Below, in pieces: positions 56,300 to 64,000 of a stretch of DNA of 64,000 bases; the first letter of the stretch is position 1; the number at the start of each line of letters is the position of its first letter. The notes under the pieces are model-generated. The model was not told the DNA's origin. It made no database searches and was given only the letters and a program-made list of their open reading frames with translations. The stretch is from the human T2T-CHM13v2.0 reference genome, Homo sapiens. Where the stretch lies: the NCBI RefSeq assembly GCF_009914755.1, contig NC_060938.1; one strand, written 5' to 3'. A program made the position numbers and the translations under genes.

Positions 56300-56430
56300 C
56301 ATTCATTCAGTTGTTCAACAAATATTTCACACGTCTACTGTGCACCACGCTCTTTCTAGGCATTGGAGACACAGCATTCAGCAAAACATTAAAAAATCAC
56401 TGCCTTCATAGAAACTCTATGCTAGGTGAT
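56300..56430 (-). mobile_element. L2 3' terminus
   Basis: cattcattcagttgttcaacaaatattt...ctaggcattggagacacagca. Confidence 0.7.
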
Positions 56431-56565
56431 ACATAAAACAAAACACATTTCTCAATTGTGTGCCTGTCAAAAATTCATTAAGGCAAGAAATAAAGTATCT
56501 TTGGGCCAGGACAGGCCACACCCACAGCCATTACTAGGGTGAAACTTAAAACTAGTAAAATGTAT

Positions 56566-56574
<9 letters not shown>

Positions 56575-56604
<30 letters not shown>

Positions 56605-56618
56605 TTCATATTTATATC

Positions 56619-56662
<44 letters not shown>

Positions 56663-56682
56663 CAGATAGATAGATAGATAGA
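56575..56682. repeat. Compound STR: (CA)14, then (GATA)10 GACA (GATA)4
   Basis: Read directly from the sequence. Confidence 0.95.
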
Positions 56683-58699
56683 AATGATGCATATTTCTTT
56701 CACTGTCTACTTTTTGGCTAAGACACAGGTGTTAACCAAAAATAATCTGAGCATTTGTTCTCTGCTGCAAAGGCATTATTTTCTGAAGAGCTGGAAGACC
56801 ATTTTCTTTTTTCTACATCCTCTTACCTGTAGTACTTTCCCTTTTATAACTATTCAGAAAAGATAACTCCCTAACAAAGAAACTTTGACAATGGCTTATT
56901 TCACCCTTAGATGTGTCTTCTAACAAATGACACATGACAGCAAGGGACAGATTCAGGAAGCCTTGGTACAGTACACGCTGCTGGGAATGACTATTTTCTA
57001 TGCATTGTACTCACAGCATGGGGGCAGTGAGGAATTGGTGAAGGTCCCACCTAATAAAACAAAGCCAGAAGAGTATAGCACCTACCCCAAACTGGAAATA
57101 CTAAGTAAATCAAATTTCATCTTTAAGGTAAAGGAATTTCAGGCCATGTCAATTTCTAATTATTCCAAGAAGGAAAGCCATGTACACATAATAGCCAAAA
57201 CTACAACCACCCAGTGCCTGGAAAGCAAGATCAGTCACCTGTTTAAAAAAGAGTCACTATTTCAGTTTCAGGAAAAAATAAGAAAATTGCCTTCTATATT
57301 TGTTCATATTCACTAGCATTTTGTACAGCAAGAATACAACTACACTGTAGAAATGTCTCTCCTTCTGAAAACTTTTGAAAAATTCTTTGCAATTTCCACA
57401 TAAATTTTAGGTTTTAGTAAACCTGATAGTTTCAACATATTCTTATACCTAAATCCTCCCAGCTGAAGTTTGCAGCTCTTTACTCTTGTCTTTGTTACCC
57501 CTTATAACTGAAGAATTTCTCAGTGAATAATTACTAAACTTCTAAGAGGTTCCTGACATTAACCCCTTAATAAATTTCCTCTCCTACAGGAATTTCCAAA
57601 TTCCAAATTTCCAGACTTACAGGCCCAGAATACCCCAAAAGTGTATGACAACATGGATCTATGAATATAGCAGCACTCAGTGATGGAAACTCCTTCTCCC
57701 AGGGCCTCAGTTAACCTGGCAAATGTCACTTACTATGACATTAAATCACACCAAAAAATATTAACTCTGAGATGGCATTAATTCTAGCAAACAGAAAGTT
57801 TATCTGTCATATTTCACTTATAGATAGGTTAACTTTGTTCTACTTAATAGGTAAGTTTCTAAGATGGTAAAGAGAATCACATATAAATTAGTATTAACAA
57901 TTAACTTTGATGTGTCAGAAATATCTAAACTTAATCAGTAGTTTCGCTGCCTTTCACCTTCTCTATGTGTACCATTATAAAAAAAAAAAAGTTTAAATCA
58001 CTACGCAGATAAATTCTGCAGAAAATCTTTCTTCCTCGTATTTTCCTTATGGAAATCTTGCTTTGTTTTTAAGATCTAAATAAAGTGACATGCCCTAAAA
58101 ATGTCCCCACAGGGACCTCAGCAGAAGTAATCAAAACTCTTTTTACCAAGAGCATGTTGCTTATATTTCTAGTAATTATTTATAAGTCCTCAACTTTAAC
58201 AGCATTTGCTTGGTAGCAGATTAAAGTGTTCATTACGTCCAAATCCACCAGGCAGTACTGTTACAATATTTTTCACACACCAGACAAAAGATTAAAATAT
58301 CTCTTGTGACAAAAGTTTGGGCCTTCACAATACTTCTTTTTTCTTACATTTTTGATTTTAAGAATTAGGTAAAAATGCATACCCTCTTTTTCTCCCACTA
58401 AATCAACTAGTTCCTGACTTTCCTCTTTCTCACAATGGCAAAACCACTGAGACCTTCGAATCTCCTGTGAGTCCTCTCTCTTCCTCACCTTGGGCTGGTC
58501 CTCCACAACGTCTTTTGCATTTGTTGCCTGTTTTCCAATTCCACTACCAAGGTGCTTCTTCAGTCCCTCTTTTCCTTTTATAGAGAACATATCAATAGGC
58601 CTCTAACTGGACACATTGCCATAATCAATGCTAAGAATTTAATAACAGAGCTCCAAAATATGTGAAGCCAAATTCCCCTTACTCTACTGTTTCCACCAC

Positions 58700-58883
58700 T
58701 ATGATTACAACGTTCTAATATATTATATAATGTATCTATTTGTAATATGTATATCTCCACCCAATAAAACATAAGCTAAATAAGGGTAGGGTTTTTTTCT
58801 CCCCCTGCTTTATTCACTGATATATCCTCTGTACCTAGAATAGTGTGTACTTGAAAATGGGCACAAAATATGTATTGAATGAA
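58700..58883 (+). mobile_element. L2a 3' terminus
   Basis: ttattcactgatatatcctctgtacctagaatagtg...aaatatgtattgaatgaa. Confidence 0.7.
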
Positions 58884-59194
58884 CTAAGACGTATTTTACT
58901 GAAGTAAATGTAAACATCAGCATTTTACTAAGACAGAAGCAGTATGTCTTATCAATTAATTCCTGCACACAGCCAGTAAATGCAGTTATCATATACACAG
59001 GAGGAATGCTGTGGCTGAAGAATTTTCTCTTCTCGTCCCAGAAATGAAGAAAGATAAGAAGACAAAGACAAGAAAAGGAGATGGGCTTGGAAATAGTCCA
59101 AAGGGGATGCAACAGAAGTAGGTTTTTTTCCAATCCTAGGATTAGGATTCCATAAATATAAACAAAGAAAAATGAAAGAACAACTAACACACAC

Positions 59195-59387
59195 CTCTCT
59201 TCTCACGATGTATTTCATCCAGAAGCTGCTCCTGCCTTTCTATCTGTTGAAAGAGACACTGCAACTCAGATTCCTTGTTTTCAGTCAAATTCCTGAGTTG
59301 TTGTCTGCAGAGCATCAGCTGGTGTCGCAGATTTTTCTCTCTGTTTTCTCTCTCTTTCAGTTCCTCACAGAGCCACTGAAGTTTAGT
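59195..59387 (-). CDS. CEP128: Internal coding exon (193 nt, phase 0 to 1) of centrosomal protein CEP128, coiled-coil region
   Basis: Minus strand reads tgttattttttag|ACTAAACTTCAG...GAGAAGAGAG|gtgtgt. Open frame TKLQWLCEELKERENREKNLRHQLMLCRQQLRNLTENKESELQCLFQQIERQEQLLDEIHREKR plus 1 nt, E/Q/K/R/L-rich. Recognised from memory as CEP128 (C14orf145), not database-verified. Confidence 0.92.
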
Positions 59388-59960
59388 CTAAAAAATAACA
59401 TTTATATCTAATGGTTAAAGAAACTCAGAAAAGAGCAGCATTTCAAAACATGAAGAAAAAAATAAGTAACATAATTTGAACAAATATAGATAATTACCAA
59501 ATTTTTGCAAAATTTTAAAATATCCATGTTTAATTTGCATAATGGTCTACAGCAAGTAAAAGCTGGTTCAGAAATTAAGCCATGGTATTCGTAGATTTTT
59601 AAAAAATATTTTGTGTCATCTTTAGAAAGACAAAGTTTGGCCTATTAAACTTTCAATAATATTATGGGTAATCCTCTGATTTGATATACAGGGCAGTCTA
59701 GTATAGGAATTTAAAAAACAAATACATCCCAGAATAGAACTACAGACTTTTTATAAAAGAAGTATTCCTTCAGAGAATTTTTTAAAAGATAAAATTCCTA
59801 GCATGACTTCTAAAAATGCATATCCCCACTGATCTAGCTAATTAGGCATGAGGAGAGATTCTTTATTGACTAGAAGATATAGAGTTAATGTTTATGCTTC
59901 TAAGACACAAGGAAAGTGAATTCTGGCAACTCTACTTCACAGATTCTAACCTCACCTACC

Positions 59961-60294
59961 TTTTTTTCTTTCTTTCTTTCTCTCTCTCTCTCACTCTTTT
60001 TTTTTTTTCGAGACATAATCTCACTCTGTCGCCCGGGATAGAGTACAGTGGCACGCTCTTGGCTCACTGTAGCCTTGACTTCCTGGGCTCAAGCAATCCT
60101 CCTGCTCAGCCTCCTCAGTAGCTGGGACTACAGGTACACACCACCATGTCTGGCTAACTGTTTTTTGTATTTTTTGTAGAGTTGGGATTTCGCCATGTTG
60201 CCCAGGCTGGTCTCAAACTCCTGAGCTCAAGAAATCCACCTGTCTCAGCCTCCCGAAGTACTAGAACTACTGACATGAGTGACCACACCCAGCC
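59961..60294 (-). mobile_element. AluJ with a (TTTC)/(TC) microsatellite tail
   Basis: ctcctgagctcaag, gtagccttgacttcctgggctcaagcaatcc; TSD ctcaccta(c/t)cttt. Confidence 0.93.
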
Positions 60295-61142
60295 CTCACC
60301 TATCTTTAATATTTAGATATTTAAAACAAGAATAGGAAAAGAAATATTTCTTTCACCTTCAATACAGCAGGATTTCAGTCAAGTCTTAGGACCTTCCTAA
60401 GTCAGGCTACCCTCCAATTCCTAGTTATATATGAAATGTACTGTCTGTAGGAAAATCATGCTTTTGAAGATAAAACCTGTATCAAAATTATTAATATAAA
60501 GTCTCATCAAAAACAAAAGGGGGCCATCATAACAGTTCTTCTGGAATGATGATATATAGAGTTCTGTAGAAATGGTCCCCAGTGAAATAACCGTAAGTGC
60601 TAAAAATATTGTTTTTAAAAATTAACATTTCTAAATATTGTCCTGTAGCCATACAGCAAATGAAGAAACATTTATTCAAGAAACTCTATTTAACCTCATT
60701 AAAGTGGCACTTGAGGCATAACTGACTCCCTCCTTCTACCCTCAGTGTGATAAAAGCTCCACTCCTCATTTCAGAAAAACACTGCCAAGAAAACAGGGTT
60801 TTCTCTTTCTCAAGTTCACAGTCAAGGTACGTGATAGCATACTGGATGGGCAGATCACCAGGATTTTTCAGCCTTGCAGCTCTGATTTGCATAGGCTAAA
60901 ATCCTGGCCAAGTGCAGCAGGATGTTGAGAATCCCTTGCTCCCCCAATGTCCCACTGATAGGATGGTTACCCTACCCCAAGCACAGCAGGCTGAGAATAC
61001 TGGGGTCCCAACTGCCATTTCCCCAGGTCACTTATAATAAAGCCGTATTTATGAATATGCCTGATGAATACAGATTTTCTTGAAATCCTCGAGAAAATAC
61101 TAGCAAACGGAATCCAGCAACCTATAAAATGAACATCATGAT

Positions 61143-61529
61143 TAATATGGTTTGGCTCTGTGTCTCCACCCAAATCTCATGTCGAATTATAATTTCCAAC
61201 GTTGTGGGAGGGACCCAGTGGGAGGTGACTGGATCATGCGGGCAGTTTCCCCCTTGCTGTCCTCATGATAGTCAGTGAGTTCTCAGGAGATCTGGTCGTT
61301 TAAAGGTGTGTAGCACTTCATCCTTTGCTCTCTCTCTCTTGCAGCCATGTGAAGACAAGACATGCTTGCTTCCCTTTCACCCTTCCACCATGATTGTAAG
61401 TTTCCTGAGGCCTCCCCAACCAAGCCTCCTGCACAGCCTATAGAACTGTGTGTCAATTAAACCTCTTTTCTTTATAAATTACCCAGTCTCAGGTAGTTCT
61501 TTGTAACAGTGTGAGAACAAACTAATACA
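61143..61529 (+). mobile_element. MaLR solo LTR (MSTA/THE1D-like)
   Basis: atatggtttggctctgtgtc..acccaaatctcat...ccatgattgtaagtttcctgagg...actaataca; perfect 5-bp TSD atgat. Confidence 0.92.
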
Positions 61530-63646
61530 ATGATCAAGTGGAAGTTGTCCCAAGAATGCAAGGTTTAAGATAGGAAAATCATTAATGTAATATACCATAT
61601 TAATACAATTAGGGACAAACATCATATGATTATACCAAAAGACACAGAAAATGCATATAATAAAGTCAAACATTCCTTCATAATAAAGACACTCAAAAAA
61701 CTACAAATAGAAGAGAACCTCCTTAATATGATTTTTAAAATATCTATGGAAAACCCACAACTATTATCATACTTAACAGTAAAAGTCTGAATGCTTTCTC
61801 ACTAAGACCAGAAGCAAGAAAAGGATAACAGCTCTCATCACTCCTAACATTGTATTAGAGGGTTATGAAAAGGCAATTATACAAAAAATAAAAAGAAATA
61901 AAAAATATCCAGATTGAAAAGGAAGAAGTGAACATATCTCCATTTGGAGGTAACAGGCTTATGTGCAGGAAAATCCTAGTAATTCCATTAAAAAAATCTA
62001 TTAGAACAAAAGAGTCCAGCATATTATAATACATAAAATCAATACAAAAATTAATTATATTTCTATATATTAATATTTGCAATGAGCAATCCAAAAATAA
62101 CATTAAGATAATCATATTTACAATAGCATCAACAAATGAAGTCTTTAGTGATAAACATAAAACTGCAAAACTTATATTTAAAAACTACAAAATGCTTTTT
62201 AAAAAACTGAAGACTAAGTGGGAAGATATCCTACGTAAATGGATTGAAAGCGAATATTATTAAAATAGCAATACATCCCACCTAATCTACAGATTCAACA
62301 GGATCCCTTTCAGAATCCCATCTGGCTTCTTTAAAGGAATAGATGAGTTGATCCTATGTTTCATATGGGAATTCAAGGCAAATTTCCAAAATAGCCAAAA
62401 AAAGATATTGGAAAAGAAGAATATAGTTGGAGGATTCATACTTATCCATTCCAAAGCTTACTACAAAGCTACAGTAGTCAAGATGGTGTGGTATTGGCAT
62501 AAGGACAGATATACAGACCGATGGAACAGAAGTGAGAGTCTAGAAATAAACCCATATATAAATGTCAATTGATTTTCAACAAAAGATCCAAAACAATTTC
62601 ATAGAGAAAAGAATAGTCTTACCAACAAATGGTGCTAGGACTACTAAATATACAAATACAAAAGAATTCATTTATACCCCTACTTCACACCATATACAAA
62701 AACTAATTCAAAAAGGATCACAGATCTAAATGTTAAAGAGCTGAAACTATAAGATTATTGAAAGAAAACACAGGCATAAATCGTTGTGACCTTGGCTTGG
62801 CAATAGCTTCCTAGGTGTAACACCAAAAGCAGAAGCCATCAAAGAAAAAAGCTGACAAATTGAACTTCTTTGAAATTAAAATGCTGTGCTTTAAAGGCCA
62901 CTACCAACAAAAAGAAGAGACAACCTGCTAAGTGGCAGAAAATATTTGCAACTCAATGTCTAATAAGGGAATTACATGTCAGATTCATAAAGAAGTCAGT
63001 AATAAAAAGACAAATGATGCCATTTTTAAAACGTACAAAGGATGTAAATAGATATTTCTCCAACGAAGATATATAAATAGCCAATAAGCACATGAAAAGA
63101 TGCTGAACATCATTAGCCATCAGGAAAATGTAAATCAAAACCACAGTGAGACTCTACTTCACACCCAGCAGGGTAGCTAAAATCAAAAAGACAGATAATA
63201 ACAATTGTTTGTGTAGATGTGGAGAAACTGGAAGTCTGACATACTGCCAGTGCGAATGCACAGCAGTGCAATTGCTTTAGAAAATAATCTGACAGTTACT
63301 TTATGGGTTAAACATAGAGGTACCATATAACCCAGCAGTTCTACTCCCAGGTAAGTATCTAAGAGAAATGAAAAACAAATATACATGCAAAAACTCAGAT
63401 AGAAATTACTCATAGCAGCATTATAATAACAGCCAAAAAACTGAAACAATCCAAATTTCCGTCAAATGATGAACAGATTTAAAAAGTGGAGTATATCCAA
63501 ACGATGAAACATTATTTGGCCATAAAAAAGTGAGGTCATGATACATGCTAAAATGGATGTATCATAATTTGGATGAAACTTGAAAACATTCTGCTAAATG
63601 AAAGAAGTCAATCACAAAAGACCACATATTATATGATTATATTTAT

Positions 63647-63929
<283 letters not shown>

Positions 63930-64000
63930 TGTCCTGAATAGACAAATCTACAGGGACAGAAAGATTAGTGGCAGACTAGAACTGGTGGTTGGATTTATAG

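Noticed and set aside
56927-57316. 129-aa plus-strand ORF in unique sequence
   Set aside because: Antisense to the host gene, with no recognisable domain, promoter or retrocopy hallmarks; length is compatible with chance.
59172-59411. 79-aa plus-strand ORF over the exon
   Set aside because: It is the antisense shadow of the CEP128 coding exon.

Overview
Primate (human or great-ape) genomic DNA, AT-rich and rich in interspersed repeats (L1, L2, MIR, Alu, LTRs, DNA transposons) and microsatellites. The one convincing coding element is a 193-nt minus-strand exon at 59195-59387 with canonical AG/GT ends. It encodes a coiled-coil peptide (TKLQWLCEELKERENREKNLRHQLML...DEIHREKR) that I recognise from memory as the C-terminal region of centriolar protein CEP128; the ORF track misses it because it has no start codon. 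The rest of the window is therefore CEP128 intron: more than 59 kb downstream of the exon and about 4.6 kb upstream. I see no RNA gene, CRISPR array, intact transposon ORF or clear new biological system. The best leads are sense-strand cryptic or poison exon candidates (several chain in frame with CEP128, several lie beside UG, CA or CU repeats), a weak GUGUGU donor with inverted Alus before a very long intron, a recursive-splice-like motif, and several atypical retroelement structures. Repeat subfamily names come from memory of consensus sequences, and boundaries of old repeats are approximate.
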